Origin: Blepharisma stoltei ATCC 30299
Taxonomy: Eukaryota > Protista > Ciliophora
Reading direction: 5' to 3'
Assembly (NCBI GenBank): GCA_965603825.1
Contig: CBFDEM010000039.1
Coordinates: 124,001-188,000, forward strand
DNA: 64,000 bases
Every line of letters begins with the position of its first letter. Within the stretch, counting starts at the first letter, position 1. Below the pieces are notes generated by a model, which saw only the letters and a program-made list of their open reading frames with translations, was not told the DNA's origin and did no database searches. Shown here piece after piece: positions 21,116 to 34,839 of the stretch. The position numbers and the translations under genes are program-made.

Positions 21116-23029
21116 ATGATAACTCCTGAAGTATTCTCCAAAAAAGGGATGAGCAGTGAAATTGAAGTTATAACCATGAAAGAGCAGGATGAATCAAGCT
21201 TAATCGAAGACTATGAAGACAAAGCCTCCAGTCTAACAAAAAAGCAAGATGAGCGTATTAAAATCCAGTTGTGCTGGGATAATGTCAGCTATGTCATAGA
21301 AAATAAAGGGGAAGAAACCCAAATATTAAAAGCAGTTTCAGGAAAAGCCAACCCAGGCGAACTTCTAGTTTTGATGGGTTCTTCAGGGGCTGGCAAAACC
21401 ACGCTTTTAAATATCTTGGCTGGGAGACTCAAAAGCAGCAATAATGCCAAGATTATTGGTCAGATAACTGCAAATGGAACTAATATAAAGGACATTGACT
21501 TTGGGTATTATTCAGCTTATGTCACTCAAGAGGACATTCTACTTCCCAATCTTACTCCTAGAGAGTCTTTAATGTTTTCTTCACGACTTAGAATGCCAGG
21601 TCATTATAATGCACATGTGGATAGGGTGAATACAATTATTCAAGATCTAAGGTTGATGAAATGCGCAGATAATGTCATTGGAAGTATAACTAAAAAAGGC
21701 CTTTCTGGAGGTGAAAGAAAAAGAGTTTGCATAGGGATGGAACTTATCACTGACCCTATTGTCCTTTTGCTAGATGAACCTACTTCTGGTCTTGATAGTT
21801 TTACAGCAGAAGTCGTTATTGACTTATTAATAGAGCAAGCTCGCAAAGGCAGAACTGTTATGTCAACCATACATCAACCAAGCACAAGCATTTTTGATAA
21901 ATTTGATAGATTAATTTTATTAGCAGAAGGTCACCTTGTATATCAAGGGAAAGCTAAAGACTCCCCCAAGTATTTTGCAAAAACTGGATATGAAGTCCCA
22001 AAGCTTATGAATCCAGCAGATTTTTATATGAGACTTCTGCATGTTGTAGATAGAAAACATCCTACGCAAGAAGAGCATGATAAAATTGAAAACTTGGTTT
22101 CTGCTTATAACTCGATTGAGACTACAGATGATTATGATAAATCTGCCCTTGAGCCTTTGGCTAATAAGCACTTAGTAGCAGCTACAAATTTCGCTGAACA
22201 ATTTGTGCTATTATTTAGAAGAGCTTGGATAAATGCAAGAAGAGACCCTCTTGCTGGGCAACTTTTGTTTGCTGAATATATTATGGTTGCTGTTTTGGTC
22301 GACTTGATTTGTAATAATCTAGCCAAAAATTATGACTCTGCTAGAACTCGTACTCAATTACTGTTCCTTTCCATGGCAACTGTAGCATTTTTTTCATGCC
22401 AAAATGCAGCTATGCAATTTCCAAGTGAGACTCCTTTGTTCCTAAAAGAAAGTAAGCAAAGGATTTATTCCACAGCTTCTTATTACTTATCAAAGTCAAT
22501 TGCTGACCTCCCAATGCAATTTCTTCCACTCTTAGTGTATTGCCTAATGGTGTATTGGACAATTCCTTTCAATGATTATGATGCAAGCAAGTTTTTTATT
22601 TTTTATTTTGTGCTTGTATTATTGCAAATAGCTGCTATTGGATTAGGCTATATTTTAGGCTGTATGGTGAAAACAGAAACTGTCGCTTTAGCAATTTGTC
22701 CGATCTTTTTACAGCCTATGATGCTTTATTCAGGATTATTCCCTAGTGTAAATCATTATCCTGAAGGCTTTTCATGGATTCAGTATATATCTGTAATTTT
22801 TATTTAGTGTATGAGATGATCGGTTGAAGCTCTTTGTGCGAATGAATATAATGACTTGGGGATGCATTGTCAGCATTGTACAGACTGCCAAAAATGTGAT
22901 CCTTTAAGAGATCTTGACTTTACTAAGCCTATTGGAGAATGTGTGTTTTATTTGTGCATTCTCTTAGTGGACTATAGAGTTATAGCATATTTCCTGCTTT
23001 TGAAGAGAGCCATTGATTCTCGCAGATAA
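21116..23029 (+). CDS. ABCG half-transporter, copy 3 (exons 21116-22792, 22808-23029), 632 aa
   Basis: Same architecture. TGA 22817-22819 aligns with TGG (MRW) in the paralogs. Confidence 0.93.
22793..22807 (+). other. 15-nt intron GTAATTTTTATTTAG
   Basis: Same position as in copy 2. Confidence 0.9.
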
Positions 23030-24329
23030 ATAAGCATATTAATTATTTATATTTATTGAATAATCTGATTTCTAATAGCATATTTGTCTATCAATTAATT
23101 TTCAATCGAATTTTTCTATGAATAAAACTTGCTCTTCTTTATAAAAATTAAGAGACTTATCTGCTGGAAATAATTCTTAGATTTTTAAAGAAGCCAATTT
23201 GAATGACTTAAAGGTTTCTTCAGTATTTTTAAATTCAAAAACTTATTAAGAATAAATAACTGCAAAAAATAACAATTTAAACTGATTAAAAATTTATTTA
23301 ATAAAATTTCATTTAAGTCACCTTTACTTCTGTCTAAAAATTTGAAACCATTTTTGTCCTCTAATCCATGAGTGGTAGCCATTTTAACAAAACTTAAGTC
23401 CAAAAACCCATAGCAAATTTATCTTAATTATCGAGAGAAAAATGCAGTTGATATAAATTTAATTATGCTCCAGCTTTCCCATAGACCCTCTGCAATCATT
23501 AAGATAAATATTACCAAATACTAAAATTTTAAATTTTACCAGAGCAAGACTAAATTTCTTGTTTTCAACTATTAAAAGCTATATAAATTTTTATATAATA
23601 AACTCTTAGCTATTTTTCTAAATGATAAGGCTATTCTTTTTCATTATTATTGATTATTATTCTTATCACTACACAAATTCTTTTAAATTTAGATTCTAAA
23701 GGTAGAGTAATTTGGGATTGCAATAAGCCATATTATCAGAGCAGGAACTGATATAGCAGCAAAACTCTATATTGCAGTTAACTTGCTAAGAGTAGAGGAA
23801 TATAAATTATTGCAAATGACTTTCTTATGAATTTTCGCATTTATCCAGAGAGAGATTCACTTGTGTTGAGGACATGTTATCACAGCTCATCATTTTTATT
23901 AGGCTTGCTAAAAATTTAAAAATAGAAGTGTTTTTATTTTTTAAACTGCATTGCATTTCCTTCTTCTAAGCTATTTAGAAAAATCACAATTTTTTAGAAT
24001 TACCCTTAATTTTCATATAAACTTAAATTTAAATTTATCTAAAATTAGTTCCCTAACTATTAATTTAAAAATTATTATCTTGGTAATTTACACTATAAAT
24101 AGTAGCTTGGCTTTCAAAGTGCATCTATTTCAGGTTTTTCATAAAATAAGGAATTTTTAGTAAAAAGGGTTCTTCATCACTCTTGATTCTTATATTAATT
24201 CCCAATGATTTTTATTTCATGAAGCATAAAACCTTCCAAATGCACTATAGTTATGATTAAACTTAATTTAAACTAGCACTAATTAATCAAACATTTATTT
24301 TTGAAGACCATTTTGACTTTATAATTGTT

Positions 24330-26246
24330 ATGTCATCCGCAAAAATTTTCTCCAAAAAGGAAAGCAATAACGAAATTGAAGTAAATACGCTCAAGGAGCA
24401 AGACAACTCAAGCCTTATTGAAGCGTATGAAGAAAAGCCTCCAACCCAAGATATTGGCCATGATATGAGAACAAAAATTCAATTGTGCTGGGATAATGTC
24501 AGCTATGTCATTGAGAAGAAAGGTGAAGAAACTCAGATCCTAAAAGGAGTCTCAGGAAAAGCTAACCCAGGAGAGCTTTTAGTCTTGATGGGCTCTTCAG
24601 GGGCAGGCAAAACAACGCTTCTAAATATTTTGGCTGGGAGACTTAAAAGTAATAATAATGCCAAAATCGTTGGTAAGATAACTGCAAACGGGACAAGTAT
24701 AAAGGACATTGATTTTGGGTATTACTCAGCGTATGTGACTCAAGAGGATATTCTCCTTCCTAATCTAACACCTAGAGAGTCTTTATTATTCTCATCAAGA
24801 CTCAGAATGCCAGGGACTTACAAAGAGCATGTGGCTAGGGTGGAATCGATTCTTCAAGAACTAAGATTGATAAAATGCGCAGATAACATTGTTGGAAGTA
24901 TAACTAAAAAAGGACTTTCTGGGGGCGAAAGGAAAAGAGTTTGCATTGGGATGGAACTTATCACTGACCCTATCGTCCTTTTGCTAGATGAACCTACTTC
25001 TGGTCTTGACAGTTTTACAGCAGAAGTCGTTATTGACTTATTAATAGAACAGGCTAGAAAAGGCAGAACTGTTATGTCAACAATCCATCAGCCAAGCACC
25101 AGCATTTTCGATAAATTCGATAGATTGCTTTTATTAGCAGAAGGCCATCTGGTGTACCAAGGTCGGGCCCGTGACTCTCCGAAATATTTTGCCAAAGTTG
25201 GATACTCAGTTCCTAAACTTATGAATCCAGCAGACTTTTATATGAGACTACTTCACGTCGTAGATAGAAAACACCCAACCGAAGAAGAGCATGAAAAAAT
25301 TGAAAATTTGGTTTCTGCTTATACCACAATAGACCAAGAAGATAATGACTTTGATACCTCAAAACTTGAGCCCTTACAAGACAAGCATTTAGTAGTACCC
25401 ACTAACTTTGCTCAGCAGTTTATAATCCTACTTAGGAGAGCCTGGATAAATGCAAGAAGAGACCCACTTGCAAGCCAAGTACTATTTTTTGAATATATTA
25501 TGGTTGGGTTCTTGGTTGATATTATTTGCAATAATTTAGCAAAAAATTATGACTCTTCTCGCACCAGGACTCAAATTTTGTTTTTGTCAATGTCCTCTGT
25601 AGCTTTTTTCGCTTGCCAGAATGCAGCAATGATGTTCCCAAATGAAACACCTTTGTTTCTTAAAGAAAGCAAGCAAAGGATATATAGCACAATTTCTTAC
25701 TATATGGCAAAATCCATAGCAGATCTTCCAATGCAGTTTTTGCCTTTGTTAGTTTACTGTGTTATGATATATTGGGCAATTCCTTTAAATGACTATGATT
25801 CCAGCAAATTTTTCATTTTTTATTTTGTTCTACTTTTACTGCAAGTAAGCTGCCTTGGCATGGGATATATTTTAGGTGCTATGGTTAAAACAGAAACTCT
25901 TGCAGTTGCAATTACACCAGTATTTATACAGCCATTGATGATGTTTTCTGGACTATTTCCAAGTGTCAAACACTATCCTGAAGGATTTTTCTGGATCCAA
26001 TATATTTCTGTAAAATTTATTTAGAGCATGAGATGGGCTGTTGAAGCAATTTGTGCAAATGAGTACAATGATTTAGGCATGCATTGTCAGCATTGCACAG
26101 ACTGTAAGAAATGCGATCCTTTAGGAGATCTTGATTTTACTAATAGTATTGGATCCTGCGTTTTATATCTCTGCATTCTTACTGTTGGATATAGAGTTAT
26201 TGCTTATTTGCTGCTCTGGAAAAGAGCTGTGAATTCACGCAGATAA
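24330..26246 (+). CDS. ABCG half-transporter, copy 4 (exons 24330-26009, 26025-26246), 633 aa
   Basis: Intact NBD motifs and TMD. Confidence 0.95.
26010..26024 (+). other. 15-nt intron GTAAAATTTATTTAG
   Basis: Same position as in copy 2. Confidence 0.9.
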
Positions 26247-27862
26247 AGGGTTTTTTTATAACTATGATAAAACGTCTTTTCAATAATTTTTAGCTAATGA
26301 AAAAAATTGTTTCATAAAGCTAAAACTCTTAAATTAAGAGTTAAATTCACTAATCCTTATCATCTTATAAAAGAATATAAAATGTATTTATATTTATTCA
26401 AATAGAATTATCGTCTTTCTATGTATTTTGGTTAATTTTCTAACTTTTTCGCTTTGATGACTTAGGTCTCTGCAAATCCTGGGCTAAAAAATTGGCTGCA
26501 AATTCTTATGAAGTTGATAAATACTTTCAATTGCTGAATTATGCAACAATTATTAGTGCTTTTTGAGCTGTTTTTGATAGTTTAAATCAACCGAAACGAA
26601 GTATTAAGGATTTATTTTAAAATAATTATAAGTAAAATTTTCAATTTACAATTTATTAAGATTGCCAGACTAATTTCAATGTTCTTCTTGTTTGTATCTA
26701 GATTTTATCATGAAAATAGACACCTTTTAAGATAAAATGCTCTGATAAATAAAATCTTGGCTTAATAATGAATTATTAAATATATAAAATTATACTTAAA
26801 AATTCAGTTTAAAAATAATATTATGCTTAATTGATAATTTTTAAAGTAAAATAGCAGCTCGCCCTTAAAGGGCATCTATATGTATTTCCGGATTAATTTT
26901 TACCCCACAATATTTTTACTCGCTCATAGAGAATGGAGCAAAAATCCTCCCTTCCTCTTCTCTTAATATCCCGAATAAAAACATCTCATCAATATAAATA
27001 GATTTATCTGGAAATATTAATATTGAGAAGAGAGATACTTCACTTAGAAAATAAGAGATATAAATTAATTGAGCCTTTTAATTAAGAGAATCAAATATAT
27101 TGAGAGACTTATGAACATATAATATTGATTTTAAAACTAATTTTATTTTTAAATTAACATCCTATTTTTATTTCAAAAATGCGAATTAAGCCTCTTCTAT
27201 TGAATGACTATTATTTCTTTCTCGTCTTTTATGTCTTTATTTTCTTATAACTAAAAAATATATAACAAGAGTGTCATTTTAAACATTTTCAATACGTATT
27301 TTATTATAAATAACTTAAAGAAAACTGATTAGTTAAATTATCATAGTAATTTATTATGATTTTGTTTACTTTATGATGATAGTATACTTTTTGAAAAGTT
27401 TAAATGCTTTTTTCACAATTTTTATGAGCATTTTCTACCTCTATAAATTGCTATATTACTTTGGTTATAGATCTTGGCTTTAATAATCCCATGGAACGTG
27501 TGCTTTATATCTCTGCATTTTACCGTGGGCTGTAGATTTATTGCATATTTGCTGCTTTTGAAAAGAGTTTTAAATTCTCGCAGTGCGGTTTTCTGATAAT
27601 TATGATTAAAAATCATTTTAATCAATTTTAATTTACTTAATTTATATCGGCTGCGATATCTTAAAGGGCAAACCTTGCTTCTTATGATTGCTTTCATTTT
27701 AAGAGTTAATTAAATCGAATTTAAATTCTTATTTCGGTTTTGAAACTAATAAAATTATAAGCCTTATTTCAAATAATTTTTATTTGTATTTTGCTATATA
27801 AAGATCTTAAATTCTCTATCTAATTATATTAAAATTAAAATCCCCCTAAATTATTAAAAAAT

Positions 27863-28453
27863 ATGGCATCAACAGCACGGCCCGTAGCCAAAAAGCAAAC
27901 TAAGAACATTACCGAGTACAAGAAATTGAACCTCAATGGTGAATTTTATGAAATCGGAGATGCAGTGGTACTCAAGGAATATAAAGATGATTGTTGCTAT
28001 GGGACTATATTGAAAATTTGGAAAGAAGTTAAAAATAGTGATGCATATGCGAAAATTAGATGGTTTTATAAGCCCAGTGACATTTTCCATGAGCATCATG
28101 ATTTTATTTCTTGTGCAGAACTTTTTGATTCAGATTATATTCAAGATGTGTGGATTCAAACTATCTATGATAAGGTCAGAGTACTTCCTTTTGAAGAATA
28201 CCATAATCTTGATGAAGTAGATGATAATACATTCTTCTGAAGAGCGGTTTATAACTCTAGAGATTCCTCTTTAACTCCCCCTTTATCAGAATGGAAAAGA
28301 GCATGTGTTTGCAATAAAATTTTTAACCCAGATGTTCTCTATGTATCATGTGACAATTGCTTAGAATTATTCCATCCTGAGTGTGTAAATGCTGATCTCG
28401 ATGCTCCAGAGTGGATATGTGATTCATGCATTGCTTGTAAAACAGAAGAGTAA
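27863..28453 (+). CDS. BAH domain plus PHD finger chromatin reader (EBS/SHL-like), 196 aa
   Basis: BAH: IGDAVVL, IRWFYKP.D, AELFDSD. Reading through TGA 28238 gives the PHD CVC...NPD..YVSCDNC.ELFHPECV...WICDSC. Ends TAA 28451-28453. Confidence 0.88.
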
Positions 28454-29859
28454 AGCTATTAAATTTATAGATTCAATATATTGAAATTAATTATTCATTA
28501 ATATTTTTATATACTAATAATTAAGGCTGCCCTTTAGATTTTTTTAGTTTTAGCAGATTTAAATAAACCTTCCAAGTAATTTTTTATATTAAATACAAGT
28601 TTAGATTTTACCTGGCCTGACAAGTAAAATATTGAATAAAAAGACCAATCTATTTTTAACTACAATTTATAAATTATTAAATAGAGCTCTAAATAAAAAA
28701 TTTTTTGAAGCATAAAAATATAAATTAAATTCAAAAATCTAAAGGTTGCACTCCCAAGCAATAACACAAATATACTCTATTTTTAGTATCTGAGTTTCTT
28801 TGATTTTGCTTTTGATGACATCATCTTTTATCCTAATACAATTGGATTTTAGCTTCTTCATGGCTTCCCTGCGTTTAGGGTTATTTTTGACAAATCGAAG
28901 AAATTTCAAGTTTTATTGTGTCTTATTCACAGTAACTTCCATTCCATATTTCTTTTGCTTTTGGAGATATTCTTATATCTAGCAAATATGTCACTTATGA
29001 ATTGCTGAAAATGCTTTAATTAGCATAGAAAATTCAATAATATACTATAAATATTATTAAATTTGTCTTGACTAAGTAAATTTTTATTTTTCAAAAAATT
29101 AAAATGCATCTCAACATTTATAAGAAAAGTCCTAACGGACTTAAATATTTTAAAATTTTTATATTCTTTGAGGATAGTGGACTTATTTTTTATTAAAGCT
29201 TCAAGATTTTAAGTTAAACATAGATTTAGTACCATCCCATCCAAATTATTATCCTCATGTATATCCCTTATAACCCACTCATACCTCAAGCCTTTAGATA
29301 TAATATGAATTAAAAAGTCTCCAGTTTGGGAATTTGTGTAGGAAAACTCAATTTATGCAAAGTCTTTTGAGAATACCTTCTAAAAGTAAATTTTAAACAA
29401 AAAAGAGGTCAGAAAAAAATTTGAAAATATTGTTTTATTTGCCATGCCAGCTTACTCCCCCGTAAAGGAGTTTTTCTCGGAAGCAGACTTATTGCAACTG
29501 AGTAAGTATTTTCCCTTAAGAACTAAAATGGAACAATACCAGCTAGCTATATGCCGCTCAATAATATCATTACTTGCTAAATTAGTGAATAAGAAGCTTA
29601 ATGATTACTCCAAGCAAAATCCAAACGTATTTAAATGATTAGTAAAAGCAACTATAATTGGTCAAAAAATTATTTTAAATATTAATCGTCAATTTTTATA
29701 AAATTCTATTTTTCAAATTTTCAAATAATATCTAGATTAACTATATCGATCAAAGACCAGTTAATATAGGCAATATTTTCTAACTCAATTTCGATTTTTC
29801 CCAAGCTATTTCCATAGATTTAAGCACTTTTTTAAAAGTGCCATTTATGGCTTATAATT

Positions 29860-31775
29860 ATGATTACACCAAAAGATTTCTCCAAGAGCGAGGATCAAGA
29901 TGGATTAGAAAACACTATACAAAAAGTTCAAGAAAATTCACTATTTTTAGAAGATGGCCCAGAAAACGTCCCAGAAACAGTAAAAGGTCAAGACGAAAGA
30001 ACTAAAATCCAATTGTGCTGGGATAATGTAAGCTACGTCATCGAAAGTAAAGGTGAACAAACCCAGATCCTAAAATCAATTTCAGGCAAGGCCAACCCTG
30101 GGGAGCTTCTAGTTTTGATGGGGTCATCAGGGGCTGGAAAAACAACGCTTCTCAACATCTTGGCTGGAAGACTTAAAAGCTCAGGCAACGAAAAATTATA
30201 GGGCAAATAACAGCAAATGGAACAAGTATCAAAGACCTTGATTTTGGATATTATTCAGCCTATGTGACCCAAGAAGATATACTACTTCCTAATCTAACTC
30301 CAAGAGAGTCCTTAATGTTTTCCTCAAGACTTAGGATGCCAGGCAACTACCAAGAACATGTGGATAGGGTAAATGGAATCATAAGAGATCTAAGATTGGC
30401 CAAATGTGCAGATAATATTATTGGAAGTATAACCAAAAAAGGACTATCTGGAGGTGAAAGGAAAAGAGTTTGTATTGGGATGGAACTTATCACTGACCCA
30501 ATTGTCCTTATACTTGATGAGCCTACTTCAGGTCTTGATAGTTTCACCGCTGAAGTAGTTATTGACTTATTGATAGAGCAAGCCAGAAAAGGTAGGACTA
30601 TAATGTCAACTATCCACCAACCAAGCACCAGTATGTTTGATAAGTTTGACAAATTAGTATTATTAGCAGAAGGTCATCTTGTATATCAAGGCCTTGCTTC
30701 TGAGTCCACAAAATATTTTTCCAAAATTGGATATGGATGTCCAAAACTTATGAATCCAGCTGATTATTACATGAGACTTCTTCATGTTGTAGATAGGAAA
30801 CATCATACTGAACAAGAGCATGAAAAAATTGAAAGACTAGTAAAAGCTTACGAATCAGAGGGTAACAATACTGAGGATTATGACAATACTAAGCTTGAGC
30901 CTTTGCAAACTAAACATTTAACATCGCCCACAAACTTTGCAACACAGTTTGTGCTATTATTTAGAAGAGCTTGGATAAATTCAAGGAGAGACCCACTTGC
31001 AGGCCAGCTTTTATTTATTGAGTATATCATGATGGGCGTTTTAATCGATTTGCTTTGCAATAATTTAGCAAACAATTATGATTCTGCAACAACTAGAACT
31101 CAGACTTTATTTCTCTCTGCAGCAGCTGTAGGCTTTTATTCTTGTCAAAATGCAGCTATGCAATTCCCAAGCGAGACCCCTATATTTCTTAAAGAAAGTA
31201 AACAAAGGATTTATTCAACAACTTCTTACTATATGGCTAAGTCCCTTGCAGACCTGCCTATGCAATTTCTACCAAATTTTCTGTTTTGTCTTATTATATA
31301 TTGGGCAATCCCTTTTAATGATTATGATGCAAGTAAATTCTGGATATTTTACTTTCTGCTCACTTTATTACAAATAAATGCTCTTGGTGTTGGATATGTT
31401 TTAGGCTCTTGTGTTAAAACAGAAACAATTGCCTTGGCTATTACTCCAGTTTTTTTACAACCTATGATGCTTTGGTCTGGACTATTTCCGCATGTAGATA
31501 GTTATCCTGCAGGATTTGCTTGGGTACAATATTTTTCTGTAAGATTTATTTAGTGCATGAGATGGGCGGTAGAAGGACTTATGGCGAATGAATACAATGA
31601 TTTAGGAATGCACTGTCAGCATTGCACAGATTGCAGAAAATGCGATATTTTAAGTGATTTTGATTTTAATAGAAGTATCGGAGAAACTATATTGTATCAA
31701 TGCATTTTGCTTGTAGGCTATAGACTCCTTGCGTTTGTGCTGCTGTGGAAACGAGCTTTAAATGCACGCAGATAA
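29860..31775 (+). pseudogene. ABCG copy 5, with a single 1-nt deletion at about 30191 (young pseudogene or assembly error)
   Basis: AACG-AAAAATT versus AATGCAAAAATT in paralogs; otherwise intact. Confidence 0.75.
31539..31553 (+). other. 15-nt intron GTAAGATTTATTTAG
   Basis: Same position as in copy 2. Confidence 0.9.
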
Positions 31776-32922
31776 CATAATTATTAATTCTTTTAATAAA
31801 AATGCTTAATTTTGGAAATAAGAACTTCAAATATATTTCCAAAAATGAGAAGGATTAATTGAATCCAAATATTAGCAAAATTTTTATCGATTAAATTGCT
31901 TATCAAATTTAAAGTTTGCATTATAAACCAGACATATTAAATTTTAATATGAATTTTTAATGCATTTTATCAATTTTAATCTTTTTAAGCAATATCAATA
32001 ATACAATAAATCCCACTAAGCTATTTGCTAGCAATATTATAATTACTTCTAAGTAGCTAGATTAAATTGCCAGCCTGGTTGTAAGAAAATAAATAAAATT
32101 TGTAAAATTTAATAATTAAATTTGATAATTTTTCTTCGTAATTTTGGAAGCATTTAATCGATAAATTATCCCCAGCACAATTGGAAACTAATATATATTA
32201 TTTTCGAGCTATTCTTAGCTAATTCAGGCATTTTTGATATTTTTTTAAATGGCTACAAGTATCGGTTTCTTATAAAGTTTTCTCCAAAAGCCAAAGTAAA
32301 TATGGAATATAAATAAAAGTTTTGAAGGCAAAAGAAAGTTATAAATTTCTGAAGTTAAAAGTCCAATTGAAGTAATAAGCTATAGCAAGGAAGCTAAAAT
32401 CCAACTCTGCTGAAATAAGATAGCTTAGCTTTGCTTAGGATTAATTAGGACTTTACCACCCTTGGTCTAAAAATGCTAATATCAACGCTCCTTTGTGGAT
32501 ATATTAAGCATTCATTGATTAAAACTCCAAATATTATATATTCCAGCAATCCACAAATGAATCTCCCAAAAACAAACTAAAAACCAGCCATGGAATATAA
32601 TTCAGTAAATGAAGAAAATGGACTTAAATTCAATCAAGCTATATCCCTACTAATCAGCAATTGCTTCCTACAATCTTAAATAATTAGCTTTAGCTTGATT
32701 CCAAGCTAAAAATTAAAAAAATACCAAAGATCTATAATTAAAATTGTCAAGTGGGTAAAAACTTATATATTAATTACTCCTAAATTTTATAAAACATAGC
32801 GATTATCGAGCTCCCCAAATCCGAGTAAAATTAAGCATTATCTTGGATATTTTCCTTTTTCGCTGGCTGATTCCCACATTTTCAAACACTTTTTTTGAAC
32901 GGCCATTTATGGCTTATAAATA

Positions 32923-34839
32923 ATGAATATCTCAAAAGAATTCTCCAAGAATATGAGTCAAGATGGAAGTGTAGTCCCAGTGATAAAAGAGGAAGAAAAT
33001 TCAAGCTTTATTGAAGTTTATCAAGAAAACATTCCAAATGAAGCTAATGGGCAAGATGAGAGAACTAAAATCCAACTTTGCTGGGATAATGTTAGTTACG
33101 TCATCGATAGAAAAGGCGAGGAAACTCAGATCCTAAAATCAATTTCAGGCAAGGCCAACCCTGGGGAGCTTCTAGTTTTGATGGGGTCATCAGGGGCTGG
33201 AAAAACAACACTTCTTAATATCTTAGCTGGAAGACTTAAAAGTTCAAACAATGCAAAAATTATTGGCAAAATAACAGCCAATGGAACAGATATCAAGGAT
33301 CTTGATTTTGGGTATTATTCAGCCTATGTGACCCAAGAAGATATACTGCTTCCTAATCTAACTCCAAGAGAGTCATTAATGTTTTCTTCAAGACTTAGGA
33401 TGCCAGGCAATTATCAAGAGCATGTGGATAGGGTAAATGGAATCATAAATGATCTAAGATTGGTCAAATGTGCAGATAATATTATTGGAAGTATAACCAA
33501 AAAAGGAATATCTGGAGGTGAAAGGAAAAGAGTTTGTATTGGGATGGAACTTATCACTGATCCAATCGTCCTTATACTTGATGAGCCTACTTCAGGTCTT
33601 GATAGTTTTACAGCAGAAGTCGTTATTGACTTATTGATAGAGCAAGCAAAGAAAGGTAGAACTGTAATGTCAACTATCCACCAACCAAGTACAAGTATGT
33701 TCGATAAGTTTGACAAATTAATTTTATTAGCAGAAGGCCATCTTGTATATCAGGGCCGCGCTTCAGAGTCCACAAAATACTTTGCAAAAATTGGATACGA
33801 GTGTCCAAAGCTTATGAACCCAGCTGACTACTATATGAGACTTCTTCACGTTGTAGATAGGAAGCATCATACTGAAGAAGAGCATGAAAAAATAGAAAAA
33901 ATAGTATCAGCATATAATTCCATAGAGCAGAATGATGGAGATTATGATAAGTCAAAGCTTGAGCCTTTACAAACTAAGCATTTAGCCTCCCCAACAAATT
34001 TTGTAACGCAATTCGCTTTACTCTTTAGAAGAGCTTGGATAAATGGAAGAAGAGACCCACTTGCTGGTCAGCTTTTGTTTATCGAGTACATTATGATGGG
34101 TGTTTTAATCGATTTGCTCTGTAACAATTTAGCAAAAAATTATAACTCTTCAACAACTAGAACTCAAACTCTATTTCTCTGTGCAGCTGCGGTAGGTTTT
34201 TACTCATGCCAAAATGCAGCAATGCAGTTCCCAAGCGAGACTCCTATATTTTTAAAAGAAAGCAAGCAAAGGATTTATTCTACGACTTCTTATTACCTTG
34301 CTAAGTCCCTTGCAGACCTGCCTATGCAATTTCTACCAAATTTTCTGTTTTGTCTTATTATATATTGGGCAATCCCTTTTAATGATTATGATGCAAGTAA
34401 ATTCTGGATATTTTACTTTCTGCTCACTTTATTACAAATAAATGCTCTTGGTGTTGGATATGTTTTAGGCTCATGCGTTAAAACAGAAACAATTGCCTTG
34501 GCTATTACTCCAGTTTTTTTACAACCTATGATGCTTTGGTCTGGACTATTTCCACATGTAGATAGTTATCCTGCAGGATTTGCTTGGGTACAATATTTTT
34601 CTGTAAGATTTATTTAGTGCATGAGATGGGCGGTAGAAGGACTTATGGCGAATGAATACAATGATTTAGGAATGCACTGTCAACATTGCACAGATTGCAG
34701 AAAATGCGATATTTTAAGTGATTTTGATTTTAATAGAAGTATCGGAGAAACTATATTGTATCAATGCATTTTGCTTGTAGGCTATAGACTCCTTGCGTTT
34801 GTGCTGCTGTGGAAACGAGCTTTAAATGCACGCAGATAA
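32923..34839 (+). CDS. ABCG half-transporter, copy 6 (exons 32923-34602, 34618-34839), 633 aa
   Basis: Intact; the signature motif reads ISGGERKR. Confidence 0.95.
34603..34617 (+). other. 15-nt intron GTAAGATTTATTTAG
   Basis: Same position as in copy 2. Confidence 0.9.

Noticed and set aside
27422-27697. 91-aa minus-strand ORF
   Set aside because: No recognisable motif; AT-rich spacer-like composition.
28238-28240. TGA in the BAH domain at a position that is often Cys (FFCR), hinting at UGA=Cys or selenocysteine
   Set aside because: A single variable site. Many other TGA align to invariant Trp, and no SECIS-like element is evident.
29444-29701. Short plus-strand ORF upstream of ABCG copy 5
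   Set aside because: No motif or paralogous copy; cannot be separated from a chance ORF.
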